Part shown: positions 37,935 to 46,831 of the stretch, piece by piece
How the letters are laid out: each line of letters starts with the position of its first letter
Numbering within the stretch: position 1 is the stretch's first letter
Origin: Candidatus Poribacteria bacterium
Lineage (GTDB): Bacteria > Poribacteria > WGA-4E > WGA-3G
NCBI GenBank assembly: GCA_963665235.2
Contig: CAXXLX010000001.1
Location: 3,424,001-3,488,000 of the forward strand
DNA: 64,000 bases
Direction of reading: 5' to 3'
The notes under the pieces: model-generated
What the model was told of the DNA's origin: nothing
What the model saw: only the letters and a program-made list of their open reading frames with translations
Databases searched by the model: none
Position numbers and translations under genes: made by a program

Positions 37935-39500
37935 TTAACAGTTCTTGGTGAACTGTTCTCGATTATTGAGGTTCGTAAGATGCTGATCAATTTTGGCCCG
38001 GTCGACGTAACCCTTTAACAAGGCTATCTGGAAAGCATCCTTGGCGGAAGTTCCATCGTTATCAAACAGGGCCCTTACACCGGTGTAGTAAAAATCGTCA
38101 GCATTTTGAAGGGGTGTATTAACTCTGCTGTTTAATAGTTTAATGGCAACTTCGACAGCATCTTTTCCGCCATGTACGAATTTAGATTCAATGAAGTCGG
38201 TTTCATAATTAGGACAAAGTCTGACGACGTTGGCATAGTTCTCAACAGCTGTATCATAATCCTGATCTGCATAGTATACACTACCTAAATTGAGGTATAT
38301 TGTAGCAAAATCAGGGTTAGTGTAAGGGTCAAGTTCAATTTGCTCGTTGTATAGCCTGAGGGCCTCTCTTAAATCCGCGATTGCTCGGCAATTCTTGCCT
38401 TTTTTGTAGTAGTAGAATCCCCTGTTGTTGTAAGCTCTCGCTGATGGATCGCTACCGAAGTGGGATGAAGTGCGGTCAGATGACCAAGAATCTTCACCAA
38501 GGTAGATGTCCTCGTGAATCCGCAAAACGAATTCGTCATAGAGATCATTAAAATTCTCGTCTCGACAGATAACCTCACTCATGTCAGTAATGGCACTGTC
38601 ATAATCCCCTTTTTGGGTGTAGATTTCCCCCCTTTCAAAAAAGAGTTCAATTGTAGGATCCGTTATTCCTATTAACCCGAGACCTTGTGTCCCGCGATAA
38701 CTGTAACCGAGCTGCTGCGCTTTATCGTAGTCGGCGATAGTTTTGTTGTAGTCTGAAATAACCTTATCATAGTCGTAATGGCATTCGGGGTGGCGGTCAA
38801 TAACATGATAATGGTATATCTTCGCCCTTTTGTGATAAGCATGAGCGAGCTGGGGGTTAAGCTGGATGGCTTTGCTATAGTCTTCTATTGCCAAGTTATA
38901 GTCTCCCCTCCATTCGTGGATTAATCCCCTATAGTAGTAGACTTTGGCGTTTTTAGGACAAAGCTGGACAAGGGCTTCAATTAGTTCCGTATTGCTGTCT
39001 TCAACATAAGATTGGAGATTAAAACCAAGTTTGAGGGCTTCGTCGGAATCAACGCAGGCTCTATCCGACTCACCTTTACAATCATAGGCCTCACTCCTTG
39101 CATAGTACGCTTCGGCATATTCAGAGTTGATCTGGATGGCTTTGCTGTAGTCCAAGATAGTCTTGTCATATTCCTCTTTGCAAAAGTAAACATCCCCCCT
39201 ATTAAGATAGGCTTTGGCGTTTTCGGGATAGATCTGGATAATTTTGCTATAATCCGAGATGGCCCGTTCATAATCGTCTATATAAAAGTGGACATTCCCT
39301 TTGTTAATATAGAGAATAGGGTTATCTGGATTAACCCGAATGAGTTCGTTCAAATCCTGGATGGTTTCATCTAAGTCACTGATTGTTAGAGGAAGCTCTT
39401 TTACGTCAGAACCTCCCTCTAGCCATTCGATGGTACTTCTAATGATTTCATTCAGGTGTTGAACAGCTTCATCCCAGTCATGGACAGTTTGGTTACTCAT
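37935..39500 (-). CDS. TPR protein, paralog 4
   Basis: Multiple 34-aa TPRs and the shared C-cap VRLCPNYETDF...KIDQHLTNL. Confidence 0.88.
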   Translation of the reverse strand: MSNQTVHDWDEAVQHLNEIIRSTIEWLEGGSDVKELPLTISDLDETIQDLNELIRVNPDNPILYINKGNVHFYIDDYERAISDYSKIIQIYPENAKAYLNRGDVYFCKEEYDKTILDYSKAIQINSEYAEAYYARSEAYDCKGESDRACVDSDEALKLGFNLQSYVEDSNTELIEALVQLCPKNAKVYYYRGLIHEWRGDYNLAIEDYSKAIQLNPQLAHAYHKRAKIYHYHVIDRHPECHYDYDKVISDYNKTIADYDKAQQLGYSYRGTQGLGLIGITDPTIELFFERGEIYTQKGDYDSAITDMSEVICRDENFNDLYDEFVLRIHEDIYLGEDSWSSDRTSSHFGSDPSARAYNNRGFYYYKKGKNCRAIADLREALRLYNEQIELDPYTNPDFATIYLNLGSVYYADQDYDTAVENYANVVRLCPNYETDFIESKFVHGGKDAVEVAIKLLNSRVNTPLQNADDFYYTGVRALFDNDGTSAKDAFQIALLKGYVDRAKIDQHLTNLNNREQFTKNC

Positions 39501-39560
39501 GTAGTTAACTCCACACTTGGATAATCACGGTAGGTATTTCAGAAACAATTTCGAAAGTGC

Positions 39561-40496
39561 CTATTTTCGATACTTCAAGTTCTCAAGATGTTGCTTAATT
39601 TTTGCCTGATCGTCGTGTCCCAATTTCAAGGCTATTGTAAAACATTCCTGGGCGGAAATTGTTTCATCACCCTCAAATAGGGCTTTCACGCCATTGTAGT
39701 AGAAGGCTTCCGCACTTTCAGGAGGCCAAGGATAAATGCTATCTAATAGTTCTATCGCCCTTTCAACCTTGTCTACTCCATCTTCAAATTGGTGAAATTG
39801 GTGATTAAGGAAGTTTACATAATTAGTGCAAAGTCGAACAGCATTATCGTAATTCTCGATAGCTTTGTTATGCTCTCCTTTTTTGTTGTATGAGTCACCC
39901 TTGTTGAGATATGTCTTGGGATGGTCAGCCCTATACTCAATAGCTAAGTCATAGTTTTTAATTGCGTTGTCATGATCATTCATGGCAGCATAAACATTGC
40001 CTATAGCATTGTAGATTCCGGCTATAGCATTGTAGGTTCCGGCATATTTGATAGCTGTATTGTGATCGGCAATAGCTTCGTCATAGTCGCGTTGGGCAGC
40101 ATGGGCGAAACCCCGAGAAGTATAGGCTCTGGCATAGTTGGGTCTAAGCTCGATAGCTCTGTTATAGTCAACAATAGCCCGAGCATAGTTCCCTGTTTTG
40201 TAGTAGGCATACCCTCTGTTGGTGTAAGCTTCGGGATTGTCAGATTTAAGTTTGATAGCTTTATTGTGATCGGCAATAGCTTGGTCGTAGTTGCCTTTGG
40301 CAGCATGGGCAAAACCCCGAGAAGTATAGGCTTCGGCATCTTCGCAGGCAAATTCGATAGCGTTATCGTAGTCAGCAATAGCCCGGTCATACTCACCTAT
40401 GCGACGATAAGCATCTCCCCTGCGTCTATAGGTTGCAGCATGTTTGGGATTAAGTCTAATGGCTTCATCCAATTCACGAATAGTTTGGTCATTCAT
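39561..40496 (-). CDS. TPR protein, paralog 3
   Basis: MNDQTIRELDEAIRLNP, TPRs, shared C-cap. Confidence 0.9.
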   Translation of the reverse strand: MNDQTIRELDEAIRLNPKHAATYRRRGDAYRRIGEYDRAIADYDNAIEFACEDAEAYTSRGFAHAAKGNYDQAIADHNKAIKLKSDNPEAYTNRGYAYYKTGNYARAIVDYNRAIELRPNYARAYTSRGFAHAAQRDYDEAIADHNTAIKYAGTYNAIAGIYNAIGNVYAAMNDHDNAIKNYDLAIEYRADHPKTYLNKGDSYNKKGEHNKAIENYDNAVRLCTNYVNFLNHQFHQFEDGVDKVERAIELLDSIYPWPPESAEAFYYNGVKALFEGDETISAQECFTIALKLGHDDQAKIKQHLENLKYRK

Positions 40497-40518
40497 GTCG
40501 TAATCCTCTCTCTATAAG

Positions 40519-41721
40519 CTATTCCTTCAAGTTATCGAGATGTTGCTTAATTTTTGCCTGATCGTCGTGCCCTAATTCCAAGGCTATTGTAAAACATTCC
40601 TGGGCGGAAATTGTTCTATCATTCCCAAATAGGGCTTTCACGCCATTGTAGTAGCAGGCTTCCGCACTTTCAGGAGGCCAAGGATACATGTTGTCTAATA
40701 GTTCTATCGCCGCTTCAACCGCTCCTACTCCTCCGTAGATAAAGGCACGATCTGCGAAGTCGGTCTCATAATTCGGACAGAGTCGGACCGCGTTATCGTA
40801 GTCCTCAATAGCCCTAGTATAGTCCCCCGTCGAATTTCCTATTGCGTGGTAAATGCCGCCCCTGTTGAGGTAGATTGCAGCATGGTCAGACTTAACCCGG
40901 ATGGCTTCATTCAAATCCATAATAGCTTTATCATACTCCGTTTTGTCTTCATAGGCAACGCCCCTATTAGTATAGAACGCAGCATCTTTAGGGTCTAGTC
41001 GGATGGCTTCGTCGTAATCAGCGATAGCCCGATCATGGCCACTTTTTCGACTGTAGGCGATTCCCCTAATATTATAGGCAATAGCGTCTTCAGGGTCAAT
41101 TCTAATTGCCTCATCCAAGTCTGAAATAGCTTGTTCATAGTCGCCTTTACTGCTGTGGACGATTCCCCTATTGATGTAGGCAGTAGTATTATCAGGGTCA
41201 ATTCTAATTGCCTCATCCAAGTCTGAAATAGCTTGTTCATAGTCGCCTATATTACCGTAAGCACTGCCTCTATTGCTGTAGGCTTTAGCATCTTCCGAAT
41301 TAAATTGAATCGCTACGTTGAAATCCGAAATAGCCTTGTCGTAGAGACCTTTACTACTGTAAGCGGTCCCTCTATTATGGTAGACTGCAGCAACGTTAGG
41401 ATTGAGTCGGATTGCTTCACCGAAGTCTACAATAGCTTTGTCATAATTGCCTATGTGGTTGTAAGCAGCTCCTCTATTATAATAGGCAGCCGCGTATTCA
41501 AGATTGAGTCGGATTGCTTCATCGAAGTCTACAATAGCTTTGTCGTATTTACCCATGGCACTGTAGGCGTTTCCCCTATTGTTATAAATTACGGCATTTT
41601 TAGGGACGAGTGTAATAGCCTCATTATAGGCCTCAATAGCTAGATCATAAGCTCCTATTTGGAAGTAGAGAACTCCCCTTTTGTTGTAGTCTGCGGCAAG
41701 CATGGTAGATTGGTCATTCAC
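40519..41721 (-). CDS. TPR protein, paralog 2
   Basis: About 9 TPRs with 102-bp nucleotide-level duplications; shared C-cap; GTG start after GGAGG. Confidence 0.9.
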   Translation of the reverse strand: MNDQSTMLAADYNKRGVLYFQIGAYDLAIEAYNEAITLVPKNAVIYNNRGNAYSAMGKYDKAIVDFDEAIRLNLEYAAAYYNRGAAYNHIGNYDKAIVDFGEAIRLNPNVAAVYHNRGTAYSSKGLYDKAISDFNVAIQFNSEDAKAYSNRGSAYGNIGDYEQAISDLDEAIRIDPDNTTAYINRGIVHSSKGDYEQAISDLDEAIRIDPEDAIAYNIRGIAYSRKSGHDRAIADYDEAIRLDPKDAAFYTNRGVAYEDKTEYDKAIMDLNEAIRVKSDHAAIYLNRGGIYHAIGNSTGDYTRAIEDYDNAVRLCPNYETDFADRAFIYGGVGAVEAAIELLDNMYPWPPESAEACYYNGVKALFGNDRTISAQECFTIALELGHDDQAKIKQHLDNLKE

Positions 41722-41870
41722 TTGGGAACCTCCTTTCTCTGATTAATTTCAAATCTCTATCACAGAATCACTATATTTTGGCCTGCCATTATGCGAAAAC
41801 CCGTGTACGTCCAACTAACGCAAATTGCAACGCTTGAGGGTAAGGACATAGAGAATTCCACAACGACATT

Positions 41871-42275
41871 TCACTTCTTTAGATTTTCAAGATGTTGCCT
41901 AACTTTTTCTTTGTCTTTGTAACCTAATTCCAATGCTATTTCAAAAGCTTTCTGAGCACTAATACGGTCGTTCCAAAATAGTGCACTTACCCCAATATAG
42001 TAGACATCGGCAGCAGTCTCAGGAGGATTATTAATTACACTTTCGAATAGTTCAATAGCTGCTTCAACTGCTTCCTGCCCTCCGTGCGCGAAGTCGGACT
42101 CAACGAAATCAGCCTCATAGTTGGAGCAAAGCCGAACAGCATTGTCATAATCGATAATAGCTTTTTCAAGTTCACCTATTCCGTAATAGGCGTATCCCCT
42201 GTTTAGGTATACTGTGGCATCGTCTGGGTTAAGTCGAACGGCTTCGTCCAACTCACGAATGGTTTGGTCATCCAT
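41871..42275 (-). CDS. TPR protein, paralog 1 (minimal)
   Basis: N-cap + about 1 TPR + C-cap. Confidence 0.85.
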   Translation of the reverse strand: MDDQTIRELDEAVRLNPDDATVYLNRGYAYYGIGELEKAIIDYDNAVRLCSNYEADFVESDFAHGGQEAVEAAIELFESVINNPPETAADVYYIGVSALFWNDRISAQKAFEIALELGYKDKEKVRQHLENLKK

Positions 42276-42316
42276 GTAGTAATCTCCACTGTCCTTGACG
42301 ATTTAATCTTGGATTC

Positions 42317-42344
42317 ATTATACGATATTTTATGAAAAAGTCAA
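42317..42344 (-). promoter_or_regulatory. Promoter of TPR cluster
   Basis: TTGACT-16-TATAAT on the minus strand. Confidence 0.55.
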
Positions 42345-42560
42345 AGTTAATTTTTGATATTTCGGCTATTTTCCGTATCGTTTTCGCCAGATACCATTTA
42401 AATATAGCAGAAAACCGTCGGGGTGTCAACAATCTTTTCGCAAAAAATGTGTTAATTTTCTTAGATTTTAGTATTTTTAAGAATTTTGTCAAGATTTTTT
42501 TGTGAGGGTGTGCAAATATTTTGTCCATGGGGTCTCAATTTAGCGTGTAACCCCCACTGC

Positions 42561-43277
42561 TTAGTCAGCAATCAGAAGATCTGGCAATTCAGTGAGACTC
42601 TGAATCGTCTCCTCCCATCTGCCGGTTTGTGTGTTGTCTCGGTCAAGCAATATCGGACGAATCCCTACACCTTGTGCCCCGACAATATCCGCCCCGTAAG
42701 TATCCCCGACATGAACTGCCTCTTCCGCCGAAACGCCGACTGCTGTAAGCGTCCAGTTGAAAATATGCGAATCCGGCTTTGCCGACCTAACACGCGCATC
42801 GTGTGAGGCGACAATTATGTCAAAATAGTGGGCAATACCGAGCCGCTCGGCAAGCGGGTCTAACGGCGTATCCCAATTGGAAACAATCGCTAACTTGAAA
42901 CCCGCATCTCGCAAACGCTGAAGGGTCGGAACAACATCATCGTAGAGTGCTGCACTGTTCACACTAGCAAAAAGTGGGTGTCCAGCAGATTGTAACAACT
43001 CCCACGCTATCTGCTCCACCTGTTCCTGAATGCCGAGCTCCCTTATAAATTCGCATTCTTGCATCATCACGGTTATCGAAAATTCCAGCAGAGAATAATC
43101 GGTAGTAGGGGCAGGTGCCGATGTGCTGGCAAAGAGGCGTTCCATCGCTGTTTCAAAGCGTTCCCAATTGATTTCAACGCGATACCGCTCGGCAATTTTC
43201 CGAAGGCTGCGTTCAAACGAGTGTGCCTCGTGAACAAACAGAGTCTTGTAGAAATCGAAGAAAACCGCTTTTATCAT
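42561..43277 (-). CDS. HAD-family hydrolase (paralog B)
   Basis: FFDFYKTL, IVSNWD, KPD, HVGDTYGADIVGA. Confidence 0.88.
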   Translation of the reverse strand: MIKAVFFDFYKTLFVHEAHSFERSLRKIAERYRVEINWERFETAMERLFASTSAPAPTTDYSLLEFSITVMMQECEFIRELGIQEQVEQIAWELLQSAGHPLFASVNSAALYDDVVPTLQRLRDAGFKLAIVSNWDTPLDPLAERLGIAHYFDIIVASHDARVRSAKPDSHIFNWTLTAVGVSAEEAVHVGDTYGADIVGAQGVGIRPILLDRDNTQTGRWEETIQSLTELPDLLIAD

Positions 43278-43294
43278 AGTTAATGCTTTGTCAA

Positions 43295-43376
43295 GTATAG
43301 AAATCGCGAGCACAGCTCGCTCCTACAAGAGGACAATTTAAGGGTATAGAAATCGCGAGCACAGCTCGCTCCTACA
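43295..43376 (-). repeat. Two direct copies of a GTAG REP
   Basis: GTATAGAAATCGCGAGCACAGCTCGCTCCTACA x2 (reverse = TGTAGGAGCGAGCTGTGCTCGCGA). Confidence 0.85.
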
Positions 43377-44067
43377 GCAATGCCGGCAATTCCACAAGAC
43401 TCTGAATCGTCTCCTCCCATCTGCCGGTTTGTGTGTTGTCTCGGTCAAGCAATATCGGACGAATCCCTACACCTTGGGCCCCGACGATATCCGCGTTGTA
43501 TGTATCCCCAACATGAACCGCCTCTTCCGCCGAAACGCCGATGGCTGTAAGCGTCCAGTTGAAAATATGCGAATCCGGTTTCGCCGACCTGACACGCGCA
43601 TCGTGTGAGGCGACAATTATGTCAAAATAGTGGGCAATACCGAGCCGCTCGGCAAGCGGGTCTAACGGCGTATCCCAATTGGAAACAATCGCTAACTTGA
43701 AACCCGCATCCTGCAAGTGCTGAAGTGTTGGAACAACATCATCGTAGAGCGTCGCGTTGCCTGCAGCGAAGAGCGAATGTTCAGATTGCAGCAGCTCCCA
43801 CGTCATCTGGTCCAGATACTCCTGAACGCCGACCTCCTTTAGAAAATTGCGGTAGTTATCCACCATTTGGTGCATCGTCTCTATAAGCTCGTGGGTATTC
43901 GGGTCGGAGTCGGACGCATCCGCGTAGAGGTTTCCCCGCGCGATTTCATAACGTTTCCAGTCAATTTCGAACTGATACCGGGCAGCAATTCTTTGGAGAC
44001 TCACGTCAAGTGGCTGCCCCCAAACACATAAAGTCTTATAAAAATCGAAAAAAACGGCTTTTGTCAT
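43372..44067 (-). CDS. HAD-family hydrolase (paralog A)
   Basis: MTKAVFFDFYKTL; C-terminal half near-identical to paralog B. Confidence 0.88.
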   Translation of the reverse strand: MTKAVFFDFYKTLCVWGQPLDVSLQRIAARYQFEIDWKRYEIARGNLYADASDSDPNTHELIETMHQMVDNYRNFLKEVGVQEYLDQMTWELLQSEHSLFAAGNATLYDDVVPTLQHLQDAGFKLAIVSNWDTPLDPLAERLGIAHYFDIIVASHDARVRSAKPDSHIFNWTLTAIGVSAEEAVHVGDTYNADIVGAQGVGIRPILLDRDNTQTGRWEETIQSLVELPALL

Positions 44068-44071
44068 ATTT

Positions 44072-44642
44072 TTATACGTTTTCGAAGAGCGTTTTAGTGA
44101 AGTCTTCAATGTTAATTGAAAATGTCTCATTTTTAATTGTAGCATAAACTTCCAGTTTGTGCTCTTTATTGTAGCATAAACTTCCAGTTTGTGCTCTTTA
44201 TTGTAGCATAAACTTCCAGTTTGTGTCTTCCGTTCTCCGTTTGATTTCTAACAACCGGTAATGATAGAATAATTAATAAAAATGGTATTATTTGCCTTAA
44301 CAGCGTTAAGATACAGCTGTTCGAGCCGCTGCAAGTCGTCAATATCTTCAAGGACAGGTGTTAGGACACACCCTATATCTACATTGAATTTTGTGTTGAG
44401 GACTGTGATGAGGTTGCTGCGAGTAGCCGTTTTTGCGCCTTGCTGGTATCCCTCTTTCCTGAACTTTTCGCGTTGTCTTTGGAGAAAAGGTGATTCTTGC
44501 ATAAGTGCCTCCGGTATTTTTTCAAACAGACTTGGTTCATGTACGAGCCCTCCGAAGATAGAAAGTCCGTATAACAGATTTGCTTTTGTTGGTGCATCGG
44601 TAGATATAGCCGTTGTTGCCTCAATGCATCGCTCCACCCACT
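44072..44642 (-). pseudogene. Duplicate of the rpn2 3' end (RpnS-like ORF from ATG 44502), interrupted near its end by a MITE
   Basis: Matches rpn2 from WVERCIEA to AVKAN; resumes NIEDFTKTL... after the MITE at 44072-44114. Confidence 0.75.
44115..44287 (+). mobile_element. TACCATTT-MITE copy B with array 3 (3 cores, 32-bp period)
   Basis: TTA at 44112-44114 and 44288-44290; cores at 44139, 44171, 44203; left TIR missing 11 bp. Confidence 0.85.
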
Positions 44643-45563
44643 TTATACGTTGAGCGTTTTAGTGAAGTCTTCAATGCTATTCGCCTTAACAGCGTTAAGA
44701 AGCAGCTGTTCAAGCCGCTGCAAGTCGTCAATATCTTCAAGTGCGAGTGTTAGGACACGCCCTATATCTACATTGAATTTTGCGTTGAGGACTGCGATGA
44801 GGTTTCTGCAAGTAGCTGCTTTTTCGCCTTGTTGTCGACCTTCTTCGCGCCCCTCTTTGCGTCCCACTTCGCGTCCCTCTTTCCCGAACTTTTCACGTTG
44901 TCTTTGGAGGAAAGGTGATTCTTGCATAAGTGCCTCCGGTATTTTTTCAAACAGACTTGGTTCATGTACGAGCCCTCCGAAGATGGAAAGTCCGTATAAC
45001 AGATTTGCTTTTGTCGGTGCATCGGTAGATATAGCCGTTGTTGCCTCAATGCATCGCTCTACCCACTGTTCAGAAGACATGCCATCAGGCGGTTTCATCA
45101 GCGGGGTGAACGGTAATAGCCTGGGCATTTGTGCCTCTATAATCGATTGCCCCTCTACCTGAATGAGCCGTATGACTTTATAGCTGATATGATAATTGTA
45201 GTCACCCCAGCTATATGTATAGTGCCCCGGGTCGTTTTTCCCAGCGTTTGGGTCAATATAGATTACGTTGGAATAGACAGGTTTCTGGTATTCACCGACG
45301 AGATATCCTTGATATTGCGCGTTTCGGAACCACATCGGTTTTTCCGTGCTGTCCCGGAGTTGTAGTTCAATGTGTAGAATAGCCTCTTGCTCGTTGAGGC
45401 GGATGTGCTTGGTAAAGTCTGTACGAAACGCACGAACTATTTGTTGCTCGGTGGCAACATCCGATAGCACTTCTACCTGTGGCGTATCCAAGACAAAACT
45501 TGCAAGGTCAGTAATCTGTTCATTGAGGATATCTTTTCCGACTGTGTTGAATTCTTGTGCCAT
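44643..45563 (-). CDS. Rpn/YhgA-like PD-(D/E)XK nuclease (rpn2)
   Basis: RTD...ILHIELQLRDS, paralog of 18008; (GREEG)-type repeats; internal GGAGG-CACTT-ATG at 44927. Confidence 0.8.
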   Translation of the reverse strand: MAQEFNTVGKDILNEQITDLASFVLDTPQVEVLSDVATEQQIVRAFRTDFTKHIRLNEQEAILHIELQLRDSTEKPMWFRNAQYQGYLVGEYQKPVYSNVIYIDPNAGKNDPGHYTYSWGDYNYHISYKVIRLIQVEGQSIIEAQMPRLLPFTPLMKPPDGMSSEQWVERCIEATTAISTDAPTKANLLYGLSIFGGLVHEPSLFEKIPEALMQESPFLQRQREKFGKEGREVGRKEGREEGRQQGEKAATCRNLIAVLNAKFNVDIGRVLTLALEDIDDLQRLEQLLLNAVKANSIEDFTKTLNV

Positions 45564-45573
45564 GGTAGTATTA

Positions 45574-45966
45574 TACCATTTCTAATTGAAAATGTCTCTT
45601 TCTTGTAGCATAAACTTCCAGTTTGTGCGGTTCTTGTAGCATAAACTTCCAGTTTGTGCGATTCTTGTAGCATAAACTTTTAGTTTGTGCGGTTCTTGTA
45701 GCATAAACTTCCAGTTTGTGCGGTTCTTGTAGCATAAACTTCCAGTTTGTGCGGTTCTTGTAGCATAAACTTCCAGTTTGTGCGGTTCTTGTAGCATAAA
45801 CTTCCAGTTGTGCGGTTCTTGTAGCATAAACTATTTGTTTGTGCGGTTCTTGTAGCATAAGCACTTCCAGTTTGGCGGTATCTTGTAACATAAACTTCCA
45901 GATCTGGGTCTTCCGTTTCATCTTTCTAAACAACCGGTAATGATAGAATAATTAATAAAAATGGTA
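45574..45966 (+). mobile_element. TACCATTT-MITE copy C (complete) with array 4 (10 cores, about 31-bp period)
   Basis: TTA-[TACCATTT...AAATGGTA]-TTA; cores at 45605-45885; linker cggttctt. Confidence 0.9.
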
Positions 45967-46043
45967 TTATATAATAGGTTGTGCTCGATAGCAAGACAAA
46001 AATATCAGATATCAAACGGGATAAAACGGTTATCGTGCTGCAT

Positions 46044-46765
46044 TTAGCGATAACGGGTCGGATCGGAGATGCCGGCGGCTTCAAAACCTTTCCTTCGAAG
46101 CAGACAGCTATCGCAGCCGCCACACACACTGCCATCCGCGCTTGGGTCGTAGCAACTCAACGTGAGACTATAATCTACCCCGAGCGATGCCCCGATTTGG
46201 ATAATTTCCGCCTTCGTTTTATCAATAAGCGGCGTACGGATTTTTAGGTCCGTTTTTCCTTCAACACCCGCTTGTGTCGCAAGGTTCGCCATCGTTTGAT
46301 AGGCGTGTATGTACTCCGGCCGACAATCCGGATAACCGCTATAGTCGATAGCATTGACCCTATAAAAATGGTATCGGCATTAAGCACTTCAGCCCACGCA
46401 AGCGCGTAAGAGAGAAAAATTGTGTTTCTTGCAGGTACGTAGGTTATCGGGATACCCTCCTCCATTTCTGTATCGGACCTATCTTTCGGGACCGCAATGT
46501 CTGCTGTTAAGGCAGACGCGCCGAAGATACGCAAATCGATGTCAATAACGTTGTGCTGTTTCACACCGAATGCCCTCGCGATATTCTCTGCACACGCCAA
46601 TTCTACTTTATGCCGTTGCCCATATCGAAAACTCATCGCGTAGACCTCGTAACCTTCATCGCGTGCGATAGCGAGGGTGGTTGTCGAATCTATGCCGCCA
46701 CTCAGTAAGACAACAGCTTTTGGCGCAGCTTGTGAGTTAGAACGTGCTGTTAAAATTTTAGCCAC
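46044..46765 (-). pseudogene. queC: 7-cyano-7-deazaguanine synthase with a 1-nt frameshift (or sequencing error)
   Basis: [22 protein letters not shown] in one frame; (V)[15 protein letters not shown]...SCY...CGGCDSC in another; break near 46358. Confidence 0.88.
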
Positions 46766-46831
46766 CGGTCCCCTTTCCAGAGATTGCTGGAGGGGGGGTG
46801 GCAGGAAAATCCAGCCACCCCTTAATCTCTC

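Noticed and set aside
39972-41643. Plus-strand hydrophobic ORFs opposite the TPR genes
   Set aside because: They are antisense shadows of repetitive TPR coding sequence.
46766-46831. preQ1 riboswitch upstream of queC
   Set aside because: Only a GC hairpin (GGGGTGGC/GCCACCCC) is present, with no preQ1 consensus or A-rich tail.
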